Shown here one piece after another: positions 26,753-36,765 of a stretch of 64,000 nt of DNA. Each line of letters opens with the position of its first letter. Within the stretch, counting starts at the first letter, position 1. Location of the stretch: NCBI GenBank assembly GCA_045805465.1, contig JBJMLB010000114.1, forward strand, positions 2,375-66,374, read 5' to 3'. A program made the position numbers and the translations under genes. The notes below the pieces were generated by a model that did no database searches, was not told the origin of the DNA, and saw only the letters and a list, made by a program, of their open reading frames with translations. Source of the DNA: Conexibacter sp. Its GTDB lineage: Bacteria > Actinomycetota > Thermoleophilia > Solirubrobacterales > Solirubrobacteraceae.

Positions 26753-27892
26753 ATGAAGCGTTTCGGGAAGGTGCGGTCGCTGTGCGCGATCGCTGGCGTG
26801 GGCGCACTGCTGCTCACCGGCTGCGGTGACAGCGGCAAGAGCGACACGAGCGGATCTGCCGGCACGTCCGGCGACAAGGCAGGCCTCAAGGTCGGGTTCG
26901 TCTACGTCTCGCCGCTTCCGGGCTCAGCCTGGTCGAAGTCCTGGGACGACACGCGCGTCGTCCTGGAGAAGAAGCTCGGCGCCCAGACCACCGTGGTGCA
27001 GCCGATCGCCGAGAACCCGGACGTCGTCTCCACCTTGCAGGACCTCATCCGCAAGGGCAACAAGCTGATCTTCGCGACCGCCTTCGGCTACCAGCCGTTC
27101 GTCCTGCAGGTCGCCAAGGAGAACCCCGACGTCAACTTCGTCGTCATCGGCCCGTGGGTGCAGGAGGCCGAGCGGCCCGCGAACGTCGCGAGCGTCAGCG
27201 GCGACCTGTGGGACGCGCGCTACCTCACGGGCATCGTCGCGGCCTCGATGAGCAGAACGAAGACGCTCGGCTTCGTGTCGGCGTTCTCGATCCCGGCCGT
27301 GGTCTCGGGCATCGACGGCTTCCAGCTCGGCGCTCAGTCGGTCGATCCGACGATCAAGACGAAGGTCATCTTCACCAGCAGCTGGTACAACCCGCCGAAG
27401 GCGACCCAGGCCGCCGAGACGCTCGCCAAGAGCGGCGCGGACGTGATCGCCAAGCACGAGGACTCGATCGGCCCGCTGCTCGGCGCGCAGTCCGCCGGAG
27501 TGTTCGGCATCGGCTCGGAGTCCGACACGAGCGCGCAGACGCCCGACACGTACCTCACCGGGTCGATCTGGGACTGGACGAAGTACGCCACCGAGAAGTA
27601 CGAGCAGACGCAGGACGGCACCTTCGCCAACGACGAGTTCGACGGCAACCTCAAGGACGGACTCGTCACGCTGGCCCCGATCAGCGACAAGGTCCCGGCC
27701 GACGTCCGCGCCAAGGTCGAGCAGGCCCGCAAGGACATCATCTCGGGCAAGCTCGTGATCTTCAAGGGCCCGCTCAAGTCCAACACCGGCGAGGTCATGG
27801 TGCCCGCCGGGCAGGAGCTCAAGACCTCCGCCGCCATCAACAAGGGCGTCACCGCCCTCGTCGACGGGGTCATCGGGCAGGTCCAGAAGTAG
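26753..27892 (+). CDS. BMP-family (Med/PnrA-like) ABC substrate-binding lipoprotein
   Basis: Lipobox LLTGC with SD GAGGAGAG upstream. LKVGFVYVSPLPGSAWSKSWDD...KLIFATAFGYQP...LGFVSAFSIPAVV is characteristic of basic-membrane-protein/nucleoside-binding SBPs. Confidence 0.85.
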   Translation: MKRFGKVRSLCAIAGVGALLLTGCGDSGKSDTSGSAGTSGDKAGLKVGFVYVSPLPGSAWSKSWDDTRVVLEKKLGAQTTVVQPIAENPDVVSTLQDLIRKGNKLIFATAFGYQPFVLQVAKENPDVNFVVIGPWVQEAERPANVASVSGDLWDARYLTGIVAASMSRTKTLGFVSAFSIPAVVSGIDGFQLGAQSVDPTIKTKVIFTSSWYNPPKATQAAETLAKSGADVIAKHEDSIGPLLGAQSAGVFGIGSESDTSAQTPDTYLTGSIWDWTKYATEKYEQTQDGTFANDEFDGNLKDGLVTLAPISDKVPADVRAKVEQARKDIISGKLVIFKGPLKSNTGEVMVPAGQELKTSAAINKGVTALVDGVIGQVQK

Positions 27893-27904
27893 TCGGGAGG
27901 AGAC

Positions 27905-29422
27905 GTGACGACCATGGTTCAGGACCGGGCGACGCCAGGCGGCGACGCGGAGATGACGCGGCCGGTCGCCTTGTCCGCGAGCGGCGTCACGAAGCTGTTC
28001 GACGGCAAGGCGGCCAATGAGAACGTGGATTTCGTCGCGCGGTGCGGCGAGATCCACGCCCTCCTGGGCGAGAACGGCGCCGGCAAGACGACGCTGATCT
28101 CGATCCTGTGCGGCCAGTACCGACCCGATGCCGGGTCGGTGCTGGTCGACGGGGTCGCCCACCAGTTCGGCGCGCCGCGCGATGCGCTGCGCGCCGGTAT
28201 CGGCGTCGTCCATCAGGACCTGCGCCAGGTCGAGCGGTTCTCGGTCGTCGAGAACGTCGTGCTCGGCTCGCGGGTGCGGGTGGGGCGGGCGGCCGAGCAG
28301 CGCATCGCGGAGATCTGCGAGAGCCTCGGCTTCCACCTCGACCCGCGGGCGATCGTCGCGACGCTGAGCGTCGGCGAGCGTCAGCAGTTGGAGATCGTGA
28401 AGCTGCTGTTCCGCGAGATGTCCGTGCTCATCCTCGATGAGCCGACCGCGGTCCTCGCCCCGCAGCAGAGCGAGCAGCTGTTCGGCGCGCTGCGGGCGCT
28501 CGCCGACGACGGCAAGGCGATCGTCTTCATCTCGCATCGCCTCAACGAGGTCATCAGCGCAGCCGACGTCGTCACCGTGCTGCGCCACGGTCGCGTCGTC
28601 GCGCACCGCCCTGTGGGCGGCGCCGACGCGGCCGAGCTGGCAGGGCTGATGGTTGGCGAGGACGCCGGCGCGCCGCTCGTCGCCACGCCGGGCACCCCGG
28701 CGGAGCCCGTCCTCGAGCTGGAGGACGTGGCCTGCGGCTCCGGCCGCCGCGCGCTCCGCGGGGTCGACCTGACCGTGCGCCGGGGCGAGATCGTCGGCGT
28801 CGCCGGCGTGAGCGGCAACGGCCAGGTGGAGCTGGCGGAGCTGGTCGCCGGCATGAGCGCGCCGTCACGCGGCGCGCGCCGTGTCGACGGCGACGTGGTC
28901 GCCTTCATCCCCGAGGACCGGCTCTCCACGGGCCTCGTCGGATCGATGTCGATCGGCGAGAACCTCGCCTTCCGGCGCTATCGCAAGCCGCCCATGAGCG
29001 GGTTCGGATGGCTGCGGCGCCGCAGCATCCGCGCCTACGCCGAGGGCCTCATCGAGCGCTTTCGCATCCCCACGAGAGACGACCGCCTGCAAGTGGCCAA
29101 GCTGTCCGGCGGCGGCCTGCAGCGCGTGATCATCGCGCGCGAGATGAGCGAGTCGCCCGATCTGCTGATCGCGGCTCAGCCGACGCGCGGGCTGGACATC
29201 GTCTCGGCGCGCGCCGTGCGTTCGCAGATCGTCGCCGCGCGCGACGGCGGCGCCGGGGTGCTGATGGTCAGCGAGGACCTCGACGAGCTGCTCGAGCTGT
29301 CGGACCGCGTCGTCGTCATGCTGGGCGGGCGGATCGTCGCCGACCTGGCTCGCGGTCGAGCCAACCGCACGGAGCTCGGCCGCTACATGACGGGCGCCGC
29401 ACTGGCCGAGGGCCAGAGCTGA
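27905..29422 (+). CDS. ABC transporter ATP-binding protein, duplicated ATPase domains
   Basis: Walker A GENGAGKTT and signature LSVGERQQLEI are followed by a second domain with LSGGGLQRVIIAR. An alternative ATG lies at 27914. Confidence 0.85.
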   Translation: MTTMVQDRATPGGDAEMTRPVALSASGVTKLFDGKAANENVDFVARCGEIHALLGENGAGKTTLISILCGQYRPDAGSVLVDGVAHQFGAPRDALRAGIGVVHQDLRQVERFSVVENVVLGSRVRVGRAAEQRIAEICESLGFHLDPRAIVATLSVGERQQLEIVKLLFREMSVLILDEPTAVLAPQQSEQLFGALRALADDGKAIVFISHRLNEVISAADVVTVLRHGRVVAHRPVGGADAAELAGLMVGEDAGAPLVATPGTPAEPVLELEDVACGSGRRALRGVDLTVRRGEIVGVAGVSGNGQVELAELVAGMSAPSRGARRVDGDVVAFIPEDRLSTGLVGSMSIGENLAFRRYRKPPMSGFGWLRRRSIRAYAEGLIERFRIPTRDDRLQVAKLSGGGLQRVIIAREMSESPDLLIAAQPTRGLDIVSARAVRSQIVAARDGGAGVLMVSEDLDELLELSDRVVVMLGGRIVADLARGRANRTELGRYMTGAALAEGQS

Positions 29423-30537
29423 TGCGCCTGCGGTTCGAGAAGCGCGTCGAAGTGCCGCTCGCCGTCCAGGTGGCCGTTCCGATCGTGGCGATCGCCGGTG
29501 GGCTGCTGTTCGGCGCCCTCGTCCTGCTGCTCGGCGGTCACAGCGTCGGCGACGCGTACAGCGCGATGTGGGAGGCCTCGTTCGGCACGTCGAGCGGCTT
29601 CGAGCAGACGCTCGTGCGCGCGACGCCGCTGATCATCACAGGCCTGGCGGTGACGATCACGCTGCGCATGAACGTGTGGAACGTCGGCGTCGAGGGGCAG
29701 ATGGCGCTCGGGGCGATCGGCGCGACCTTCGTCGCGTTCCATCTCGGCGGCCTGTCGTCGTTGTGGCTGCTGTCGGCGATGTTCATCGGCGGGGGCATCG
29801 CGGCCGCCGGCTGGGCGCTGATCGCCGCGGTGCCGCGGGCGGCCGTCGGCCTCAACGAGACGATCACGACCCTGTTCCTCAACTACATCGGGCTGCTGCT
29901 GCTCAGCGCGCTCATCACCGGGCCGTGGAAGGACCCGACGGTCGTCGGCTTCGCCTATTCGCGGCCGCTGCCCACCCAGGCGGTGCTGCCGTCGATCGGC
30001 TCGACCGGGGTCACGGTCGGCTTCCTGATCGCGCTCGGCGTCGTGACTGTGGTCTGGTGGCTGCTCGACCGGACGCGGACCGGCTTCTCGCTGAGCATCG
30101 CCGGCGGCAACATCCGTGCCGCCCGCTACCTCGGCATCGGCGTCGGCCGGCGGATCGTCGGCGTGTTCCTGCTCTCAGGCTTCGTGGGAGGCCTCGCGGG
30201 CGTCATCCAGCTCACGGCCGCGAGCGGTCGGCTGCAGGATGGGCTGACCGGCGGCTACGGCTACACCGGCATCCTCGTCACGTTCCTGGCGCGCCGGCGC
30301 GTCGCCCCGACCGTCCTCGTGGCGATCCTGTTCGCCGGTCTGCTCGTCGGAGCGGCTGCGCTCCAGTCGACCGGGATCCCGAGCTCGATCGCTCAGATCG
30401 TGCAGGCCATGATCATCATCTTCGTGCTCGCCGGCGAGGTCCTGGGCAGGTACCGGCTGCGCTCCGGCGCCACGGCGGCGCGGGTCGCCGCACCCCCGAG
30501 TCAGCCCGCTCCGTCGTCCGTCTTGGGGAGGGTCTGA
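29422..30537 (+). CDS. ABC transporter permease (BPD_transp_2 type)
   Basis: The ATG shares 1 nt with the upstream TGA. The product is polytopic (NVWNVGVEGQMALGAIG...). Confidence 0.85.
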   Translation: MRLRFEKRVEVPLAVQVAVPIVAIAGGLLFGALVLLLGGHSVGDAYSAMWEASFGTSSGFEQTLVRATPLIITGLAVTITLRMNVWNVGVEGQMALGAIGATFVAFHLGGLSSLWLLSAMFIGGGIAAAGWALIAAVPRAAVGLNETITTLFLNYIGLLLLSALITGPWKDPTVVGFAYSRPLPTQAVLPSIGSTGVTVGFLIALGVVTVVWWLLDRTRTGFSLSIAGGNIRAARYLGIGVGRRIVGVFLLSGFVGGLAGVIQLTAASGRLQDGLTGGYGYTGILVTFLARRRVAPTVLVAILFAGLLVGAAALQSTGIPSSIAQIVQAMIIIFVLAGEVLGRYRLRSGATAARVAAPPSQPAPSSVLGRV

Positions 30538-31466
30538 TGAACTTCTGGATCGACGCGCTCAGCACTGGCGTGGTGCTCGGGACGCCGCTCGCCTTCGCAG
30601 CGCTTGGCGAGCTGATCGCCGAGCGCTCCGGGGTCATGAACATCGGCATCGAGGGGATGATGCTGGTTGGAGCCGTCGTCGGCTTCGTCATCGGCGTCAA
30701 CACCGGCAGCATCTCGCTGGCGTTCGGCGCGGCGGCAATGGCCGGTGGCGCGCTCGCGCTCGCGTACGCCGCCATGACGGTCACGCGGGGGGTCAACCAG
30801 ATCGTGATGGGCCTCACGCTGACCGTGCTCGGCACCGGGCTCTCGTCCTACATCGGCGCAAGCTACGGCGACCGGCCGCTCCATCACCACCTCGGCACCG
30901 TCGACATCCCGCTGCTCTCCGACATTCCCGGCATCGGGGAGGTCCTGTTCAGCCACGACGTGGTCGTATACCTGGCGTTCGCCTCGGTCGCCCTCGCGGC
31001 CGTGGTGATCGCCCGCACGCGCATCGGCCTGTGGCTGCGGGCGGCCGGCGACGCGCCGGCCGCGGCGCACGCCGCCGGCGTGCCCGTCTTCCTCGTGCGC
31101 TACGTCGCGGTCTGGCTCGGCGGCGTGCTGGCCGGGGTCGGCGGGGCGTACCTGTCGGTGGTGTACGTCGGGTCGTGGTCGAACGACATGACCGCCGGTC
31201 GCGGGTGGATCGCGCTGGCGCTCGTGATCTTCGCCTCCTGGCGGCCGCTGCTCCTGCTGCCGGGAGCGCTGCTGTTCGGGTTCATCGACGCGCTCAACTT
31301 CCAGCTCCAGGCGAAGGGCGTTTCGATCCCCAGCCCCTACCTGTCGATGATGCCGTACGTCTTCACCCTTGTCGTGCTGACCGTGGTGTGGACGCGGCAG
31401 CGAAATCGCAACTGGGGGATGCCGACGATGCTCGGCGTCCCGTACGAGAGAGAGGCACGCTCATGA
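30537..31466 (+). CDS. ABC transporter permease (BPD_transp_2 type)
   Basis: The ATG shares 1 nt with the upstream TGA. GELIAERSGVMNIGIEGMMLVGA supports the call. Confidence 0.85.
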   Translation: MNFWIDALSTGVVLGTPLAFAALGELIAERSGVMNIGIEGMMLVGAVVGFVIGVNTGSISLAFGAAAMAGGALALAYAAMTVTRGVNQIVMGLTLTVLGTGLSSYIGASYGDRPLHHHLGTVDIPLLSDIPGIGEVLFSHDVVVYLAFASVALAAVVIARTRIGLWLRAAGDAPAAAHAAGVPVFLVRYVAVWLGGVLAGVGGAYLSVVYVGSWSNDMTAGRGWIALALVIFASWRPLLLLPGALLFGFIDALNFQLQAKGVSIPSPYLSMMPYVFTLVVLTVVWTRQRNRNWGMPTMLGVPYEREARS

Positions 31467-32368
31467 GCTCGCACGTCCGGCTCGGCCTCGTCCAGCCGCA
31501 GAGCTTCTGGGGGCAGGACGAGCCACGCAACCTGGAGGAGGCGGTGCGCTACGTGGCGCAGGGCGCCGCCGTCGGTGCCGACCTGCTCCTGTACCCGGAG
31601 CACTACCCGGGGCCGTCGCGCTTGGCCTGTCGCTACGAGGTGATCGAGCCGCTGCGCGCCGCGGCGCGCGAGCACGGCGTCGCGCTCGCTATCGGGACCT
31701 CGCTGGAGACGGCCGACGGATCGGGGAGATACTCGATCGCCACGGTGGTGATCGACCGCACGGGCGAGATCGCCGGCATCGTCCGGCGTACCCATCCGGA
31801 TGCGCCGTACATCTACCACGACATCCCGTACGAGCCGGACGACGAGTACCCGGTGATCGACCTCGGCTGGGGCAAGGTCGCCGTCTCGACGTGCAGCGAG
31901 GCGTTCGTGCCCGAGGTGGCGCGCGTGCTGGCGCTGCGCGGGGCCGAGCTGTGCCTGTTCCCCACCGGCATCCTGATCGACGAGCTCGGCTACACCGACA
32001 ACTGGCGCACGCTGATCCGGGCGCGCGCGATCGAGAACCTCATGTACACGGCCGCGACGGTCAACCTGTACGACCCGTCGTACGCCGACCCCTACCGGCA
32101 GGCGAGACTGGAGAGCGCGCCGAGCGCCTCCGGCATCACGCGCGGGATCGCGATGGTCGCCTCGCCGGAGCGGCTGCTCGCGACCAGCGAGGCGCCGGGG
32201 ATCCTCACCGCCGACCTCGACTTCGAGCGCATCCGCAAGCTGCGCGCGACGGAGGAGGAGCTGATCGTCCCGGCGCCGTACGAGACGATCCCGGGGATCC
32301 TCGGCTGGCCGCGCCCCTCGGTCTACGAGGCGCTGACCGAGGCCGCGTCGGCGAGAGCGTGGGCATGA
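31463..32368 (+). CDS. carbon-nitrogen hydrolase (nitrilase superfamily) amidase
   Basis: The E-K-C triad context is present: LLLYPEH, ...RTHP..., VAVSTCSEAF. ATGA overlap with the upstream gene. Confidence 0.75.
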   Translation: MSSHVRLGLVQPQSFWGQDEPRNLEEAVRYVAQGAAVGADLLLYPEHYPGPSRLACRYEVIEPLRAAAREHGVALAIGTSLETADGSGRYSIATVVIDRTGEIAGIVRRTHPDAPYIYHDIPYEPDDEYPVIDLGWGKVAVSTCSEAFVPEVARVLALRGAELCLFPTGILIDELGYTDNWRTLIRARAIENLMYTAATVNLYDPSYADPYRQARLESAPSASGITRGIAMVASPERLLATSEAPGILTADLDFERIRKLRATEEELIVPAPYETIPGILGWPRPSVYEALTEAASARAWA

Positions 32369-33003
32369 GACTCCACAACGAGTTCACGGTCGCCGCGCCG
32401 CTGCAGCGCACCTGGGAGACACTGCTCGACGTCGAGCGCGTGGCCGGCTGCCTGCCCGGCGCGTCGGTCGAGCCGACCGGCGAGGACAACACCTACCGGG
32501 GCGCGATGAAGATGAAGGTCGGGCCGGTGAACATGGCCTACAGCGGGACGGTGCGCCTGGCCGACGTCGACGCCGACGCGCACGTTGCGAGCTTCGACGC
32601 GCGCGCCAAGGAGACCCGCGGCACCGGCACCGCGGCGGCGGTGATCCGCAACAGCCTCGAGGAAGTCGAGGGTGGGACGCGCGTCGTCGTGGAGACGGAG
32701 CTGAACGTGACGGGGCGGCCCGCGCAGTTCGGGCGCGGGCTGATGGAGGACGTCGCGTCGAAGATGCTCGGCGACTTCGCCGGGCGCCTCGAGCAGCTGG
32801 TGCTCGCCGGGCCGTCGCCCGCCGCAGAGAGCGACGGGGCGTCGGCGCCCACGCAGCCGCCGCCGGCCGAGGAGGCCGCGAGCCTCGACATCGGCTCGGT
32901 GCTGCTGCACGGCTACCGGCGCGAGCTGACGATCGGCGGCGGGCTGCTGGCGCTCGTGCTCGCGTTCCTGCTCGGCCGCCTGAGCAAGCGTTCGAGCGGG
33001 TGA
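32365..33003 (+). CDS. CoxG-like SRPBCC protein with C-terminal TM anchor (module A)
   Basis: FTVAAPLQRTWETLLDVERVAGCLPGA...GPVNMAYSGTV..., then an acidic linker and the TM helix LTIGGGLLALVLAFLLGRL. Confidence 0.8.
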   Translation: MRLHNEFTVAAPLQRTWETLLDVERVAGCLPGASVEPTGEDNTYRGAMKMKVGPVNMAYSGTVRLADVDADAHVASFDARAKETRGTGTAAAVIRNSLEEVEGGTRVVVETELNVTGRPAQFGRGLMEDVASKMLGDFAGRLEQLVLAGPSPAAESDGASAPTQPPPAEEAASLDIGSVLLHGYRRELTIGGGLLALVLAFLLGRLSKRSSG

Positions 33004-35381
33004 TGACCGCAGCGCGGAGCAAGGCTCGTCCGGCGGCGGCGGCGCGGCGCAAGGCACGCGTCGCGGCGCCGACGCCGATCGTCGGCCGCTCGGTTCTGCG
33101 CAAGGAGGACCCGGCGCTGCTGCGCGGGGCCGCACGGTTCGTCGACGACCTGCGAGGCGGCGCGCTGGAGATCGCGATCCTGCGCTCGCCGTTCCCGCAC
33201 GCGCGGATCGCCGCGATCGACGTGGCCGAGGCGCGGCGCCAGCCGGGCGTCGTCGACGTGCTCGTCGCCGCCGACCTGCCCGACGGCGGACCGGTCATCC
33301 CGATGCGGATGTTCAGACAGCCCGGGGCCGAGCGCTTCCTGCAGCGGCCGCTGGCCACCGATCGCGTGCGCTACGTGGGCGAGCCGGTCGCCGTCGTCGT
33401 CGCGACGTCGCGCTACCTGGCCGAGGACGCGGCCGAGCGGATCGCGGTCGACTACGAGCCGCTCGACCCGGTCACCGACATGGAGGCGGCGCTCGCGCCG
33501 GACGCGCCGGTCCTGCACGCCGAGGCGGGCACGAACCTGGCCGCGGCGTTCGACCTCGGCCGCGGCGACGTCGACGCGGCGTTCGCCGCCGCCGACGCGG
33601 TCGTCGAGGTCGAGATCCGCTGCGGCCGGCACGCGGCGGTGCCGATGGAGACGCGCGGGCTGCTCGCGCGGCTCGAGCCCGGCGGCGGGCGGCTCGTCGT
33701 CCACGGCGCGGCGAAGGTCGTCCACGTCAACCGGCGGATCCTCGCCGGCCTGCTCGGCTGGCCGGAAGACCGCATCCGCTTCGTCGAGGAGAGCGTCGGC
33801 GGCGGCTTCGGGGCGCGCGGCGAGTTCTACCCGGAGGACTATCTCGTCCCGTTCTGCGCGCTGCGGCTGGGCCAGGCGGTCGCCTGGACCGAGGATCGCG
33901 AGGAGCACCTGCGCGCGACCAACCACTCGCGCGACCAGCTCGACCGGCTGGCCGCCGCCTTGACCGCCGACGGGCGCTTCCTCGCCCTGCGCGCGGAGCT
34001 GACGATCAACACGGGCGCGTACGTGCGCACCCACGGCAGCGTCGTCCCCGGCATGAGCGGTGGGCTGCTGCCCGGCCCGTACGTGTGGCCCGCGCTGGCC
34101 TGCCACGTGCGTCAGGTCGTCACCAACAAGACGCCCGCCGGGACGTACCGCGCGCCCGGCCGCTACGAGACGACGCTCGCCCGCGAGCGCCTCATCGACG
34201 TGGCGGCGCGGCGGCTGGGGATCGATCCGGTGGAGCTGCGCCGCCGCAACCTCGTCGCGCCCGAGCAGATGCCGTACGACAACGGCAGCGCCACCGACGG
34301 TCACCCCGTCGTCTACGACAGCGGCGACTACCCGCGGCTGCTGGAGCGCGGCCTGGAGCACGTCGTCTGGGAGGAGCTGCGCGCGTGGCGCGCCACGCCC
34401 CCGCAGCGGCCGGAGCTGCGTCGCGGCGTCGCGATCGCGCTGTTCGTGGAGAAGAGCGGCATCGCCCAGTGGGAGTACGCGCGCATGGAGCTCGACAGCC
34501 TCGGGCGGCCCGTCCTGTGCAGCGGCTCGGCGTCCGTCGGCCAGGGCGTGGACACCGTGCTCGCGCAGATCGCAGCGGAGGCGCTCGGCGTGCCGTACGA
34601 GGCGGTGCGCGTCCGCCACGGGGACACCGACGACGTGCCCGACGGCATGGGCGCGTTCGGGAGCCGTGCGACGAGCCTCGGCGGCGCGGCTGCCCACCAG
34701 GCCGCCAGCGCGCTGCGCGAGCGAGTGCTGGAGCTTGCGGCCGCCAAGCTGGACGTCGCCGTCGAAAAGCTCGAGCTGACCGCGACCGGCGTCTCCGTCC
34801 GCGGGGCCCGGGCTGCGGGCGTGACCTTCGCGGAGCTCGTCGCCGCGTCCGGGACGGCCGCGGCGATCGCCGATGGCCGCCGGCCCGGCCTGTCGGAGGA
34901 GGCGTACTTCCGCACCGAGGAGATGAGCTTCCCCTACGGCCTGCACTGCGCCGCCGTCGAGCTGGACGCCGAGACCGGCGCCGTGCGGATCGAGCGCTAC
35001 GGCGTCGCCTACGACGTCGGGCGCGCGATCAACCCGCAGCTCGTCGAGGGCCAGATCGTCGGCGGCCTCGCGCAGGGGCTCGGCGGCGCGCTCTTCGAGG
35101 ACCTCGTCTACGACGACGCGGCCCAGCTCGTCTCGGGCTCGTTCATGGACTACCTGATCCCGACCGCCGTGGAGGTACCAGCAGTGCGTGTGCTGATCAC
35201 CGAGGACTGCCCGACCCAGCGCAGCCCGATCGGCGCGAAGGGCGCCGGCGAGGGCGGGACGACGGCCGCCGGAGCGGCGCTCGCCGGCGCGGTCTCCGAC
35301 GCGCTCGGCGTCGAGGTCACGCGCCTGCCGATGACCCCGGAGTGGATCGTCCGCGCGGCCCGTGGGGAGGCCTGCGCATGA
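33000..35381 (+). CDS. CoxL/xanthine dehydrogenase-family molybdopterin large subunit (module A)
   Basis: LRKEDPALLRGAARFVDD, KTPAGTYRAPGRYE and IGAKGAGEGGT support the family. It lacks the form-I CODH AYxCSFR loop. The start could be GTG 33000 or ATG 33003. Confidence 0.85.
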   Translation: MMTAARSKARPAAAARRKARVAAPTPIVGRSVLRKEDPALLRGAARFVDDLRGGALEIAILRSPFPHARIAAIDVAEARRQPGVVDVLVAADLPDGGPVIPMRMFRQPGAERFLQRPLATDRVRYVGEPVAVVVATSRYLAEDAAERIAVDYEPLDPVTDMEAALAPDAPVLHAEAGTNLAAAFDLGRGDVDAAFAAADAVVEVEIRCGRHAAVPMETRGLLARLEPGGGRLVVHGAAKVVHVNRRILAGLLGWPEDRIRFVEESVGGGFGARGEFYPEDYLVPFCALRLGQAVAWTEDREEHLRATNHSRDQLDRLAAALTADGRFLALRAELTINTGAYVRTHGSVVPGMSGGLLPGPYVWPALACHVRQVVTNKTPAGTYRAPGRYETTLARERLIDVAARRLGIDPVELRRRNLVAPEQMPYDNGSATDGHPVVYDSGDYPRLLERGLEHVVWEELRAWRATPPQRPELRRGVAIALFVEKSGIAQWEYARMELDSLGRPVLCSGSASVGQGVDTVLAQIAAEALGVPYEAVRVRHGDTDDVPDGMGAFGSRATSLGGAAAHQAASALRERVLELAAAKLDVAVEKLELTATGVSVRGARAAGVTFAELVAASGTAAAIADGRRPGLSEEAYFRTEEMSFPYGLHCAAVELDAETGAVRIERYGVAYDVGRAINPQLVEGQIVGGLAQGLGGALFEDLVYDDAAQLVSGSFMDYLIPTAVEVPAVRVLITEDCPTQRSPIGAKGAGEGGTTAAGAALAGAVSDALGVEVTRLPMTPEWIVRAARGEACA

Positions 35382-36256
35382 AGCCGCCGCCCTTCGACTA
35401 CGAGGCGCCGCGCGAGCTCGACGAGGCGCTCGCCCTGCTCGCCGAGCGCGGGGAGGACGGCAAGGTGCTCGCCGGCGGACAGAGCCTGGTCCCCCTGCTC
35501 AACTTCCGGCTCGCCCGTCCCGAGGTCCTGATCGACATCAACGGCGTGCAGGCGCTCGCGACGCTGGGCCGCGAGGGAACGCACCTGCACATCGGCGCGC
35601 TGACGCGCCACGCGCAGGCCGAGCACTCGTCGGTCGTGCGCGAGCAGTGGCCGCTGCTGGCCGACGCGCTGCGCTGGGTCGCGCACCCGCAGATCCGCAA
35701 CCGCGGGACCGTCGGCGGCTCGGTCGCCCACTCCGACCCGTCGGCCGAGCTTCCGGTCGTGCTGTCGGCGCTGGACGCTCGCTACCACGTGCGCTCCGCA
35801 CGCGGGGCGCGGACGCTGGAGCGCGAGGAGATGTTCCTCGGCCAGCTGGAGACCGGCGTGCGCCCCGACGAGCTGCTGTGCGCGATCGAGGTGCCGGCGA
35901 TGGCGCCCGGAGCGGGCTGGGCGTTCGTCGAGTACGCGCGCCGGCACGGCGACTTCGCGCTCGGCGGCACGGCGGTCGTGCTCGACGTGGAGCCCGACGG
36001 CACGGTCGGGCGCGCAGCGATCGCGCTGCTGGGCGCCGGGCCGACGCCGCTGCGCGCCGCCGCCGCCGAGCACGCGCTCGTCGGGCAGGCGGTCGACGAC
36101 GCGGTCGCGCGCGAGGCGGCGGCGCTCGCGGTCGCGGAGATCGCGCCGACCGGGGACATCCACGGCAGCACCGAGTACCGCCGCGATCTCATCGAGACGC
36201 TCGTCGGGCGCGCGTTGGGCGTCGCCGCGGGCCGTGCGAACGGAGGGACGACATGA
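35378..36256 (+). CDS. CoxM-like FAD-binding medium subunit (module A)
   Basis: KVLAGGQSLVPLLNFRLARPEVLIDI...IRNRGTVGGSVAH supports the call. ATGA overlap with the upstream gene. Confidence 0.85.
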   Translation: MKPPPFDYEAPRELDEALALLAERGEDGKVLAGGQSLVPLLNFRLARPEVLIDINGVQALATLGREGTHLHIGALTRHAQAEHSSVVREQWPLLADALRWVAHPQIRNRGTVGGSVAHSDPSAELPVVLSALDARYHVRSARGARTLEREEMFLGQLETGVRPDELLCAIEVPAMAPGAGWAFVEYARRHGDFALGGTAVVLDVEPDGTVGRAAIALLGAGPTPLRAAAAEHALVGQAVDDAVAREAAALAVAEIAPTGDIHGSTEYRRDLIETLVGRALGVAAGRANGGTT

Positions 36257-36765
36257 CACCTCGCAGCATCCGCATCCGGATCAACGGGGAGGAGCATGCC
36301 GCCGAGGTCGAGCCGCGGCTGCTGCTCAGTGACTTCATCCGCCACGAGGCGGGCCTGACCGGCACCCACGTCGGCTGCGAGCACGGCGTCTGCGGCGCCT
36401 GCACCGTACAGCTCGAAGGCCAGCCGATCCGCGCGTGCCTGATGCTCGCCGTGCAGGCCGACGGCCGCTCGATCCGCACGGTCGAGGACCTCGCCGTCTC
36501 GGACGAGGAGCTGCATCCGCTGCAGCAGGCGTTCCACGAGTGCCACGGGCTGCAGTGCGGCTTCTGCACACCCGGCTTCCTGATGAGCCTCGAGCCCGTC
36601 CTCGCGGACGTGCCGCAGCTCAGCGACGCCGAGATCCGCGAGCTGATCGGCGGCAACCTCTGCCGCTGCACCGGATATCAGGGCATCGTCGACGCGGTGC
36701 GCCTCGCGGCGCAGCGCGTCACGACAGGCCCTGACCCGTCAACGCACGAACCCGAAGGAACTTGA
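36253..36765 (+). CDS. CoxS-like [2Fe-2S] small subunit (module A)
   Basis: The Cys clusters GCEHGVCGACTV and CGFCTPG...CRCTGY are present. Confidence 0.9.
   Translation: MTPRSIRIRINGEEHAAEVEPRLLLSDFIRHEAGLTGTHVGCEHGVCGACTVQLEGQPIRACLMLAVQADGRSIRTVEDLAVSDEELHPLQQAFHECHGLQCGFCTPGFLMSLEPVLADVPQLSDAEIRELIGGNLCRCTGYQGIVDAVRLAAQRVTTGPDPSTHEPEGT

Noticed and set aside
33000-35381. Calling the CoxL-type enzymes genuine aerobic CO dehydrogenases.
   Set aside because: None of the three large subunits has the form-I active-site loop AYxCSFR. Their loops are GTYRAPGR (modules A and B) and GAYRGVGL (orphan). The genomic context of amidases, cupins and an importer points to organic-substrate hydroxylases.
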